DNA of 64,000 nt from Sphyrna mokarran (Eukaryota): the NCBI GenBank assembly GCA_024679065.1, contig JAGIQG010000019.1, forward strand, positions 49,290,001-49,354,000, read 5' to 3'. The notes below the pieces were generated by a model, which saw nothing but the letters and a program-made list of their open reading frames with translations, was not told the origin of the DNA and did no database searches. Both the position numbers and the translations under genes were made by a program. Below, one piece after another: positions 52,202-64,000 of the stretch; the first letter of the stretch is position 1; each line of letters starts with the position of its first letter.

Positions 52202-52737
52202 GATGGCATGGTGGCCCCAGTAGTTAGCGTTGCTACCTCACAGCTCCAGGGACCTGGGTTCAATTCTGGTTTTGGGTGTGGAGTCTGCACGTTCTCCCTG
52301 TGTCTGGGTGGGTTTCCTCTCAGTGTGGAACTGCTGGCGCTGGATTGGGCTAAGCACAGTGAGAAACTCACCACACCAGGTTAAAGACCATCAGGTCTAT
52401 TTGGTAGCACAAGCCACAAGTTTTTGGAGCACTCTGAAAGTTAGTAGTGCTCCAAAAGCTTGTGGCTTGCGCTTCTAAATAAACCTGTCAGACTTCAACC
52501 TGGCTTTGTGAGACTTTCTTACTGTGCTTCCTCCCACAGTCCAAAGATGTGTAGGTTAGGTGGACTGGCCATGCTAAATTGCCTCTTAGTGTCCCAAGAT
52601 GTGTTAGATGAATTAGTCATAGGAAATGTGTTGGGTTATGGGGATAGGGTAGGGGAGAGGGCCTGGGTAAGATACTCTGTCAGAGAGTCTGTGCAGACTC
52701 AATGGGCCAAATGGCCTCTGCACTGTAGGGATTCCCT
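52202..52737 (+). mobile_element. HE1 SINE split by the Penelope fold-back insertion
   Basis: Head 52202-52320; body resumes at 52530. Confidence 0.8.
52323..52529. mobile_element. Fold-back Penelope terminal-repeat insertion inside an HE1 SINE
   Basis: Arms 52352-52433 and 52446-52529 are inverted, with a 12-nt loop. Confidence 0.75.
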
Positions 52738-53774
52738 AAATACAGAACGATAAACAACTGAAATCCTGAATTAATGTATCAACCTTGATTATTTCTGACA
52801 GCTGAAAGGTGGGACATCCACAATGTGCGTATTTTGTGAAACTATTTACGGTGAGATAAGAATTACAAAGAGTAGTTTGATTGAGTTTAGAGGCAGGGTC
52901 TCAGTTCACCACTTTCCTTATTTAGGATTAACACCAGGAAGCCGATTCCTGGTCTTCGGAGTTTGACTGGGAGGCCTGATTGTGGAGACAGATTACGAAG
53001 ATGCCACTGGGAGTTTGTGTCACAAGGGGCACAGTGCCAGGTTCAGCTGCAATGCCCGAAAACGGGTAAATGGCCGGTGCTCAATATCTGGCCTCACATA
53101 CAGTCAAGAATCTGGGTGAGGTGCCAAAGTCATAGGCCGGACTTTTACCTCACCCCACCCCGGACAATTAACCAGGCAAGATGGCAGAGGATACCGTGCC
53201 CGTCATCATTCAGTCCTCGCTGGTATTTACCCGCAGTAGACTAGATGTTGGACAACCCTGCTTTGGGAATCAATTCACTTCCAGGAGGCAATTCTTGCTC
53301 CTTAATAAGGTAATATATATGGGAATTGTTGTTGTTACATGAAAGAGGGAAGTGCAATTTTCTAACATTGCTTGTAGACCAGTAGTACCCCACTCCCTGT
53401 GCCCCTCCCTCTAATTAGACACCTTCCCTGATATCACTGACCTCCTCCGACCTTCTCCTGATTCTTCCCAAATCTCTTCCAACCCTCCATGAAAATTTCT
53501 CAGCTTCGGTCTCCAACTCGCTCTGTACCATCCCCCCACAGGCCCCAAGCGAACTTTAGGTAACCTCTCTGCTCTTCCTCTCTCTGTGCAGAGGGAGACA
53601 TGACCAATTCCTCCGTCTAGCCACTGAGCGGGAAACCCACTGAAATAAACCCCTACTTCAGGCCAGAACCCCTACCCCAGCTGGGGATCCCAACCTAGTA
53701 AATCCCACTGAATCCAGGGCCGGTGTGTTCACCTCATTCCGTTTTACCCATCTATCCTCATTCTCAGCCATTAG

Positions 53775-54275
53775 AACTCAACAAAGAACAAAGAACAATA
53801 CAGCACAGGAGCAGGCCCTTCGGCCCACCACATCTGTGCCCATCATCCTCTCCTATCTAGACCAACTGTCTGTATCCCTCCTTTCCCTGCTTGTTCATGT
53901 GTGTATCCAGAAAAGTCTTAAATGTTGCTAACGCATCTACCCCAACCACCTTGCTCAGCAGTGCATTCCAAGCCCCATCTCTGTGTAAAAAACCTCCCCT
54001 GCACATCTCCACTGAACGTTCTCCCCTCCCCTTGAACTTGTGCCCCCTTGTAATTGTCATTTCTGCTGTGGGAAAAAGCTTCCAACTGTTCACCCTATCT
54101 ATACTGCTCATAATTTTATAAACTTCTATCAGGTCACCCCACAGCTTCTGTTTTCCCAGGGAGAACAATCCCAGTTTCTCCAATCTCTCCTCATAGCTAA
54201 TACCCTCCATATCAGTCACACCCTATACTTCCTCTAAAGCCTCCATGTCCTGCTGGTAGTGTGGCGACCAGAACA
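53775..54275 (-). mobile_element. CR1 LINE 3' fragment
   Basis: MEGISYEERLEKLGLFSLGKQKLWGDLIEVYKIMSSIDRV...TRGHKFK. Confidence 0.9.
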
Positions 54276-56361
54276 TCACTGACCTCATCAGTCATAAACC
54301 CTTCCACAACTACCTGCATTTTTATAGCACTCACCATGACATAAAACATCTCAAGATGCTTCACAGGAAGGTTGTCAAACAGATTCTAAAGTCAAACCAG
54401 AGTTAGGGAAGAGGAAGGTTACTTAAAGGAGGGGACAGAGATGGAAAGATTTAGGGAGAGAATTCCAGAGTTAAGGACCAGGAGACTGAAAACACGGCTA
54501 TGAATGGACCAGCAAGTACAATCAGGGATATGCCTCATCTAAGTGTTTGAAGGAAGTTATCCGACTGTGAGGAAGATAGTTTTAGAGGCTGGCTCCATCC
54601 TTCCTAAAGCTCACATATCAAAACCTTTCTGCACAATCCAAAGATTAATTAGATTAACCATGTTAAATTCCCTTCTTAGTGTCCCAAGATGTGTGGGTTG
54701 GGGGATTCCTGGGGTAAATATGTGGGGTTACAGGGAGAAGGCCTGTGTTGGATGTTCAGTCAGTGGATTGGTGCAATGGGCCCAATAGCCTCTTTCTAGA
54801 CTGTAGGGATTCTATGATATTGAGACGGAGTGAAAACCGGTTTGTTTTCTTTGCTCGCGCTGGGACAGTAAATCACAGTGACAGTGGGAACAACTAACAG
54901 GACAGCTCACGGCTGGACCTTACACCCCGTGGCTCAGTGTCAGAGCAGCTGTTCCACCCTCCCACTGAGGAGCCTGGTTTTGTTTCAAATTATTTAAAAC
55001 CTGATGTAGAAAAGACAGAGATAGACAGAGGGGAAAGTGTGAGAGGATCAATAATATCGACAGGTTACTTAACTGGACTATTTCAATGAAAGCTGACAGC
55101 ATCATTCTACTCCTGTACCTGGTTATTCTGTAAGTGAGAGACAATTATCGGAACTATCACTGCAATCAGCTCTGGCTCACTGGATAGCACTTTCTTCTTC
55201 CTCGGTCAGAGAGTTGTGGGTTCAAGTCTCACTCCAGAGAATTTAAATTCCCCAAAGTTGGGATTTGAAGAGAGTTAGGCACGATTCTCTAGCCTCTCCT
55301 CAGCGGTTTTCCTGGTGGTAGGAGGCGGTGTTCCATTGTCTGGTAACGGAATCCTCATCTCGCTGCTGTCAATGGAAATTCCCGTTGAAAGTACACCATG
55401 CTGCCGGAAAACCCGCAGCTGGGGAGGGAGGGTCAGTGTGTTGCTGGGGGGACCAGAGAATTCTCTCGGTGTGAATGGCCAAACTATCGTGTCCCATGTT
55501 TCTGGGTCATTAGCCCCTGATTTACCAGCACGTAACCACTATACCGCCATTCCCACATATCTATATAATGAGTCATTCCCAATCCCAAAAGGTAATGAAG
55601 AATAACTGCAATGAAGAATGGTATCCTGTCATCAGACTTTGCTGTTTACTGTCCACTGTTGTATAATGGCTGTGGTTCGATGAGTGCCACTCTAGACTAT
55701 GAGTCACAAGGTTCCAGGTATAAACCCCAAGCCACTGTTTGAACTTGCAACTGAAGGCTGACTGTACAGTGCAGTACTGGGGGAGGGCTACATTGTCAGA
55801 GGTGTTACCCAGAAAGATACCTGTTGAATCAAAACACAATGCAGGTTGTAGAATCAAAACTCCCCTAATCCCTCATCCTCAGCTGTGCAATGTACCTCGA
55901 GTAAAATCAGGACCTAAACTGTTGCAGGAAGTAGCTTGTGACTGCAAAGTCATTATAAAGAAGTGATAGTCTATAACTACTCTTAACAGTACTTCATGTT
56001 TGATACGATAGGCTGGTTTAATATAGTCCAATCTCTGCCTGAAGGGACATTGTTGCTGGAACATGAAGGAACCAACATGCACTTGGAAAACCCAAAATAC
56101 CCACTGTTAGATATGATTCTGTGATTGGGTGTCACTTGCTGAACAGCCCTGAGTGTGCTCATAGTTGCACTAATCAATTTGATATCATTCAACTGAATTC
56201 ATAACATGACTCATTTACAATCGCTAGAAGCCATACACAGAGACCACGTCTCTGCAAACTAAAGGAATATACTCAAGCCCTGTGCCTTTTTTGAATTACC
56301 CTGGAGTTTGGGGCACCAGAAGTTCCCAATTCATTCTGCCATGGTAACATCTCAGCCAGGA

Positions 56362-56735
56362 GGAAGTCTGATAACACCAGGTTTAAGTCCAATCGATTTA
56401 TTTGATAGTAAACTCACAAGCTTTCGAGGTTTGCCCCTTCGTCAGGTGAATGAAAAGTTCTGGCCTCAGACAGAGCATATAACAGCACAGACAGTTTACA
56501 GATTACTGATTAGAATGCGAATCGTTATACCTATCCTGCTATTCAAGTCTTAAAGTGGTCAACAATGTGAGTGGAAGGAGCATTAAGCCCAGGTTAAAGA
56601 GATGTGTATTATCTCCAGGCAGTACAGTAAGTGAGGTGTGGCAAACCCAGGCAAGTCATGGGGATTACAGATAGTGTGACATGAACCCAAGATCCTGGTT
56701 GAGACTGTCCTCATGTGTGCAAACATCTCAGTCAA
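56362..56735 (-). mobile_element. Penelope-like element 3' fragment (ORF end plus terminal repeat with hammerhead motif)
   Basis: Minus strand 56721-56665 reads CTHEDSLNQDLGFMSHYL*, matching the recalled 'GLN.DLGF..HY' C-terminus of Penelope GIY-YIG ORFs; followed by CTGACGA...GAAAGCTT and AATAAA. Confidence 0.8.
56413..56450 (-). ncRNA. Minimal type I hammerhead ribozyme motif (intact core)
   Basis: uucac-CUGACGA-a-gggg(caaa)ccuc-GAAA-gc-UU-gugag: stem I UCAC/GUGA, 4-bp stem II, palindromic AGCU in place of stem III. Confidence 0.68.
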
Positions 56736-59724
56736 CCAGAGTTGACTTACCAAGTGATCAGCACTTTTTCTTCTGCACAATAAATTGTGATTGTTTAAAG
56801 TTTGACATTCTTGCCTTTTTCCTGATGAGTGCGTAGTAAAAAGCTTTGGCAAGATGTCTCTTTTCAATAATATTCAAGTTCTGTGAAGTGAATGAACTGC
56901 AATTCCTTTCATGACCACTGGAGGTCTCAAAATGCTCACAGCCAATGAAGTACCTTTGACGTGCAGTTACTGTGGTAGGAAACACGGCTGCCAATTTGTG
57001 CACAGCAAGCTCCCACAAACAGCAATGTGATAATGATCAGGTGGTCTGTCCTTTTGTTTGGGGGCATATATTGGTTAGTCAATGGGGAGAACACGCTGCT
57101 CTTTATCAGAATACTGTTATGAGACCTAATGGCTGGGATTTTATGACCTCGCTCGAGCAAGGCCAATGAAGGATTCCGTTCTGCGAGTCTTGCCCAGCCC
57201 GGAATCAGCCGGTAAAATTTGGGCCTATACGTCTGTCTGACAGATAGGGGCTTAGTGTAACTATAAGTTAATATTCAACATCATGGTACATAAATAGTCC
57301 TCAAAACTGAAAGGTGATTTCTTTCAGCTTTTAAGTTACGTGGTTCTAAAAATCTTTTCATTTTTGAATTGTGTGGTTAAAAAGTTGATGTTACGGTGTG
57401 AGCTGTTACGGTGTGAGCCAAGTGTAATCATTCCAGTCATAAACATTTTGTAAGATTGTTGCACGCAACTTCACGTGGGCAATTTTGACCAACCTTGACC
57501 AAACATTAAATGGAGAACAGCTGTAACACACAGACAGGAAATCTGGTTAAAAACTTTGAGGCGCAGTTTTGCGGATTTAATTTATAAGAGTCATCAAGCA
57601 GCCTTTGTGGATTGATTTCTGCCCAAGATTAAAATAGGCAGTCAACAGTGAAGCCTTTCTGATCCTGGTTTCACAGCGTATGATTCATAACACACTTCCC
57701 TCCAAAGTGCTGCAGGTCTGAGCCCCAAATACAGCACATCAAAAACACCATTCAGTATTCTTCAAGCCACACTCATCTGCTCCAAACAAAGACTCAAATG
57801 TTAAGCGACAGTATGAAGCTATGCTTCTTCCTGTTCACAGAGAGGAAGTTCTCTCCATTTATAGGCTGATTTTGAACAATGGAATCTTCAGTTTAGTAGC
57901 TGTTTTGGTCAGGGAATGGTCATGTACATTAGGTCATAACTTCAGGAAGAAATGAAAGAGCACATAAGGGGAAAGAAAAGTTCACACGTCAACCTCCACC
58001 ATCTGTGACTAGAACATGGTGTCATTCAGCACACTCCAAAGCCACAATATTTACTGAAAGTTTTCTGCATTTGACCTGTTGTCCTGCATTCCCTCTCTGC
58101 AATCACTTCCACCTTTAAGGATTTATCCAATTCCCTTTTGAAAACTGCATCTGAGCTGTTACCCCATCTTTAACCATTCATTGACCAGAACCGTTCTTCC
58201 TCATGTTGTCTCGCGATGCTTTTGATAATTACTTTAAGCTTGTTTCCTCCGGTTATTTTCCACCCAGCCACTGCAAACAGTTCCTTAGTCTCTCTAAACC
58301 TTCTATCAAAACCTCTACTAAAAAATCTCCTCTTAGTCTTCTTTGCTCCAAGGAGAATGGCCTCAGCTTCTCCAGTCTCAGTGTGTGACATTCATTTCTC
58401 TTCCCTGGAACCATTCCAGTAAATCTCTGTAAGGTCATGCCATTTCTAACCTTCCTGAGTTACAGCAAGAGTTTAGAGCAACGCTTCCCACCTCCATTCC
58501 ATCCTCACCTAGTGTTGACAATTGGCGTATCTCAGAATGTTAGAGTTGGGGATTGGGAGGAGGGGTGGGGCTGGGTGCTGAGGTAGTGATAGGAAATGAT
58601 GATGGTTTCTTATCTCTCCTGGCGTATCGCAGGCGCTGGCGGAGTTCAGTTCTTCCGTGTGTGCTCACCATGTCAATTCAAGAAGCATATCCTGTAGTGA
58701 GCTTGTCTCGTGACCGAGGGGCCAAGAACAGGTTCTGTTCTAACAACACCCCTCTCCACGCTCCCTATCACTGCCTCAGAGGAGAGAGAGCCCATGACAC
58801 CAGTTGCCTGTCCCATCAACCCACCAGGAGGTGCAACCCATAATTTGGGAACCCCGGTTTAGGCTGGAAGGTTGCTCAATTGGCAAGAGGAATGTTTCAA
58901 ATTTTCTCCCTGCTCCCAAAGAGAAAATCAAGTCTTATCCAAAAGGAAGGGATTAACATTCGGACGGAGAATCGCGAGTTAGATTCCCAGTGGAGAGGGT
59001 GGGTCTGGGAGGGTTTGCGAGGAGGGGATGGGGGAGGGGGTGCGTTTACAGTTTGACTGCACTGGTTGTCATGCCAGAACCCCTCCATGAGTCCAATCAC
59101 AGGCCAAAGAGCCGGAATCTGATTGGCTGCTTACTGACAAGCACGAGGGAGTCAATTATCTACAAATTAATTTAATTTTAGGTTTAACTTAGGCCTCCTG
59201 ACTGAGATTTCCAATTAGCAATGTGTCTGTTCACATTGATTTGGACCGGTCAACATGGTGGACTCAGGGTGATAAAGGCAGGGGCGTGGATGTGATTATC
59301 CACATGAGGGACCTCTCCTCTTAATGGGCCCATCACAGTCACTGACGTACCATTGGGGTACGGTCTCCCATTGGCACTCCCATGGAGCAGTCATTGGGGA
59401 ATGAGGGGAAGCTTCCCAGTCTTACCCTTCACAGTCTCCATCTTCACATCAACCACTCCCACCTCAGCTGCTGGAGTCGCTGATTAGTCAGCGAATGCTG
59501 GAGGGGATTCCATTGGTCCTCCAGTGTCGCCGGCCATCACTGACTGGACAGCCAACCTACTTCTTGGCTTTTAATTGGTCATGCTTCAAAAATAGCAGTA
59601 GGTGTGTGTCAATAACACGGACTCCAGAACCAGCCCCCATGTTGGGGTTATTCAATGGAAATTGAAGTCGAGATTCGGAGTGGGGGGAGGTGAGTTTAGG
59701 CCAACAATCATTCATCAGAACTTA

Positions 59725-60540
59725 GAGAAGTACAACTATGATGTAATGCATTTTGGAAGGTCTAATACAAATAGGAAATATGCAATAAATGGCAAAACCC
59801 TTAGGAGTATTGATAGGCAGAGGGATCTGGGTGTACAGGTACACAGGTCTCTAAAAGTAGCAACGCAGGTGGAGAAGGTAGTCAAGAAGCCATACAGCAT
59901 GTTTGCCTTCATCAGCCGGGGTGCTGAGTTTAAAAACTGGCAAGTCATGTTGACACTTTGTAGAACCTTAGTTAGGCTGCACTTGGTATATAGTGTTCAA
60001 TTCTGGTTGCCACACTATCTGAAGGATGTGGTGGCTTTGGAAAGGGTACAGAAAAGATTTACCGGGATGTTGTCTAGTATGGAAGGCATTAGCTACGAGG
60101 AGAAGTTGGAGAAACTTGCTTTGTTCTCTTTGGAGCGACAGAGGTTGAGGAACGACTTGATAGAAGTTTACAAGATTACGAGAGTCATGAACAGAGTGAA
60201 TAGTCAGAAGCTTTTTCCCAGGGTAGAAGAGTTAACTATTGGGGGGGGGGGGGGGGGGGCATAGGTTTAAGGTGCGAGGGGCAAGGTTTAAAGAAAATAT
60301 ATGAAGTGTTTTTTTTACTCAGAGGGTGATGGGTGCCTGGAACTCACTGCTGGGGAAGGTAGTGGAAACAGATACAATAGTGAGTTTTAAGGAGTGTTTA
60401 GACAAATACATGAATAGGATTGGAATAGAGGGATATGGTCCCCGGAAGGGTAGGGAGTTTTAGTTTGGACGGACAGCATGGTCGGTGCAGGCTTGGAGGG
60501 CCAAAGGGCCTGTTCCTGTGCTGTAATTTTCTTTGATACT
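59725..60540 (+). mobile_element. CR1 LINE 3' ~800 bp
   Basis: VMHFGRSN...QRDLGVQVHRSLKVATQVEKVVKK...LVRLHLVYSVQFWLP...ERVQKRFTGM; G19 run at 60241-60259. Confidence 0.93.
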
Positions 60541-60854
60541 TTCCTTTGCTGTGTTGTTAAGTGTATCTTTAATGATGTCCCTTGCTTTTCCCTGTACATG
60601 TTGTGAACCACTTATCATCCCTTGGGCAGACAGCGACTTACTGGCCCCTGTTCTGTTCTACACAGGAGATGCTATGGTAATGGACAACTGGAAGATGCTC
60701 TTTGATTTTCCCTCTGTGAGAATTGTCTGTAGTCTCGGCCTGGGGGTGCTGGGAGGTTGAGTTATTAGCGGAGGCTTGAAAGGCAGCTTTGGAGAAAGAA
60801 TCTCAGTGATGTATGTCGCAAGCAGTGAGAGAAAAGATCAGTCTGATCACCTTC

Positions 60855-61125
60855 GGCATGGTGGCACAGTGGTTAGTATTGTTGCCTCACAGCGCTAGAG
60901 ATCCAGGTTTGATGCCCAGCTTGGGTCACTGTCTATGTGGAGTTTGCACATTCTCCCCGTGTCTGCATGGATTTCCTCCAAGTGCTCCGGTTTCCTTCCA
61001 CAGTCCTACAGACATGTTGGTTCAGGTGTACGCGAACAGGCACCAGAGTGTGGCAACTAGGTGATTTTCACAGTAACTTCATTGTAGTGTTAATGTGTTA
61101 CCAGTGACACTAATAAATAAACTAA
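60855..61125 (+). mobile_element. HE1-head SINE, B tail
   Basis: Matches 1553-1825. Confidence 0.85.
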
Positions 61126-61745
61126 AACCAAATCTCAGTGCAGTAAACTGGCAATAGGTTACGTGGGGGAGGGCTATTTCCCTATAAAGAACAAGGAAGA
61201 CAAATTTTAAGTCGCAGGCAGGGAAACTGAAACAGAATCACTGATACGTGCTTTGAAATGTCGAGGTATGACTTGTTATTTACGTGAAACATCGGTTGCC
61301 GGGCAACTGATTTCTCACAGGTCAACAGAGCTGAGAGCGATCAGTGAATTAATTAAAGGCAGCCAGTGGAGAAATTATAAAACCATAATCCAATTAGGAC
61401 TTCTGACTGGTAATTTTCTTTCTCCAAAGTATTTATTATTCTCCTGTTTCCACCTCCCCGCCTCAACTTCAACAGTTTGCAGTCTGTTTGTAAGGGAGTT
61501 ACTCGTGATTTGGAGTAAGTATCACGCTCCATTATACCTCAACTTAGCTTCCTATATAAGCACAGCTAATGAGTATCAGTTGGCAGACTGGCACATGCCG
61601 AGGTCCAGGACTTTGTGCCGTGGGGATACGCTGACCTTTGGAGTACCCGCTCCTTAGCTTGGACCCTGTGAAGAACGTCTCGTGCTGAGCAATTAAAGTA
61701 ATCTAAATGTAGGTACAATCTGGGGAATCGTAAGTGGAAGGTAAG

Positions 61746-62090
61746 GAAATAGCAGGTGAATTTGAACAGGCGTTTTGCATTGGTCTTCACTAGTCTAGAG
61801 GACACACTTAACATCTCAGCTGTAGCCGTAAATCAGGAACTGAAGGGCAGAGAAGAACTCAGGAAAATTACAATCACCAGGGAAACGGTACAGAACAAAT
61901 TGTTGTCACTGTGGGTTAACAAGCCATCAGATCCTGTTGATTTTCATCCTCGGGAGTTAAAAGAAGTGGCTAGCGAGATAGTTCATGAGTTGGTTCTAAT
62001 TTTCCAATATTCACTAGATTCTAGAAAGGTTCCGTTAGATTGGATAATAACAAATGGAACTCCTTTATTCAAAAGGAAAGGAAAATGTTA
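61746..62090 (+). mobile_element. Internal CR1 ORF2 fragment (region just before RT)
   Basis: LNRRFALVFT...FHPRELKEVASEIVHELVLIFQYSLDSRKVPLDWIITNGTPLFKRKGK. Confidence 0.85.
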
Positions 62091-62204
62091 AGAGTCGTTG
62101 TTAATGGCTTTGGGCAGGACCTTGAGGCTGGATCATTCATCCACGAGATTACCAGCACAGACTCAAGAACTGGCCAAAACCAGAAATAGTGAATCTTGCT
62201 GGTG

Positions 62205-62430
62205 AGAAAGGATATTGACTATCTACCCTGTCTATGCCCCTCACTATTTTACAAACCTCTATAAGATCACCCCTCAGCCTCCTATGCTCCAGAGAAAAAA
62301 TTCCCAATCTATCTAGTCTCTCCTAACAACTCAAACCATCAAAATCCAGTAGCATCCTGATAAATCTTTTCCGCACTCTTTCTAGTTTAATAATATCCTT
62401 TTTATAATAGGGTGACCAGAACTGTACACA
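62205..62430 (-). mobile_element. CR1 fragment
   Basis: Closely similar to 12670-12900. Confidence 0.85.
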
Positions 62431-63392
62431 GCACAATCTCTGTACTCTGTCCAAATAGCTCCGAATGCAGCTTGATAACACATTCCCTTTGATATCAATA
62501 CTGAGGATTATGTTAACTGTGCTAGATAGATGTAAGTTGGTGTTATTGGGTATTTTAACAAAGAGATCAGAGAGTTTGATATCTAAATGGTAATATTGCT
62601 ACAGGTTTAATTAGTTGGTATTGCAGTCTCTATATCGCACAATGGTTCCACAGCTCCAGTAGCTTTTTATGAAGTGCTGATAAAACAGGGACTGTGATTC
62701 TCGAGTAACCACTTGCGCTGCCAGGATTAAAGAAAAACATTAGTATTCACCCCTTACCATCAATTCCCAAACTCCCGGAGTCAATCATTTCCACTACTAC
62801 CCACATGGAGCTGCGATAATCATTCATTTTTCTGCACAGTTCCAGTAGGCGATGGCTGGCTATAAAAATCATCACAACAATTCCCATAATCACCCAAATC
62901 TTGAACGAGATCTGCTTCCGAGAATTGCCATCTTACTGCATGGGATAAAGCTGTCAAGCTTCATCCGCTCTCTCATACCCGGGAGCTAGCATTTTTGTTC
63001 GGGCAATTAAAATGATCATTTCAAAATGCTCACTCGCTTAAACAGGGACTGTATGATGGTGTGCTGCCACAGGTTACTGAACAAGCTTTCACAAGCCACA
63101 AGTAACCAAGTATTTTCTGCCTTTTGAGAATTAAATTGGAAAAACATTGCTAATTCTTGAAAAGTTATATATTCCTTTTCGGGCTCTCAAATCCAAAGGA
63201 AGAACACTTGGATTTATGTTGGGTTCCACCACATCCTCAAGAGACTGCAAAATGTTTTCCATCAAGTAAATACTCCTGAAGCATTGTTGTGTAGCCAAAT
63301 ATGGTAATTTATGAACAATAGTACCTCCCAATATTAAAGCAGATGGTCAGCTGGTCTGATTTGTGTCAATGTGATTGACAGAAGAAGTTTTT

Positions 63393-63678
63393 ATAGAATC
63401 CCTACAGTGCAGAAGGAGACCATTCTGCCCATTAAGTCTGCACCGACTCTCAGATAGAGCATCTTATCCATGTCCTCTTCCCTGCCCTTGCCCCACATAT
63501 TTACCATGGCCAATCCACCTAACCAGCACGTCTTTCAGAATGTTGGAGGAAATCGGAGCAGCCAGAGGAAACCCACGCAGACCCGGAGAGAACATGCAAA
63601 CTCCACAGTCACCCAAGGTCTGAATGGAACCTGAGTTCCTGGTGCTGCGAGGCAGCAATGCCAACCATTGTGCCACCC
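63393..63678 (-). mobile_element. HE1 SINE nested in a Deu-SINE-like element
   Basis: Consensus match. Confidence 0.85.
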
Positions 63679-64000
63679 TAGTTTTGTCCAGGAACTCCAT
63701 GATCCTCTTTGAATAACAGCAGGTCACCATTTTTCATCCCGGTGAGCTGGCTGGCCCTTTATGTCTCAGCTGAAACACAGTATCTCAGACAGTACAGTAT
63801 CCCCTCAGTACTACACAGGAATGGCAGCCTAAATTATAAGCAGAATTTCACACGGAGTGAGGGGGTGGGCACCCACTGCCATCCTGTGCTGTTGTCCCAC
63901 ACAATTTAATGTCCACTGGGGTGTTACTTGCTGTAATTTCTGCCCCCATTTGTGTAAGATGTCTGCTCTGAGCTGCACCCACCATTCAGTTAGTTGATTG

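Noticed and set aside
59602-60264. 220-aa ORF as a host gene
   Set aside because: It is a 5'-truncated CR1 ORF2 C-terminus lacking the RT core.

Overview
Eukaryotic, repeat-dense vertebrate DNA. The repeat families (HE1-type V-SINEs, HER1/CR1 LINE 3' ends, Deu-domain SacSINE1-like SINEs) point to a shark (inference). The window holds the 5' end of a FERM-domain gene on the minus strand, most likely FRMD4B. Coding exon 1 (49259-49101, MATVLFSFEDLL...RDVYQ) splices in phase 0 across a ~46.8 kb intron to the 66-nt exon 2 (2301-2236, MTEGRRCQVHLLDDRKLELLVQ); the rest of the gene lies off the left edge. Most other sequence is fragmentary retroelements, MITE-like short TIR elements, simple repeats and one N gap. 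Highlights: (1) Penelope-like element termini carrying minimal hammerhead-ribozyme cores, some arranged as fold-back insertions; (2) an out-of-frame upstream ORF that covers all of exon 1 and, after splicing, stops in an AUGA overlapping the exon-2 Met; (3) a candidate intronic alternative promoter and first exon with clustered MITF/TFE-type E-boxes; (4) one SINE head coupled to two different LINE-derived tails. Repeat boundaries are approximate and family names come from recalled consensus motifs, not from a database search.
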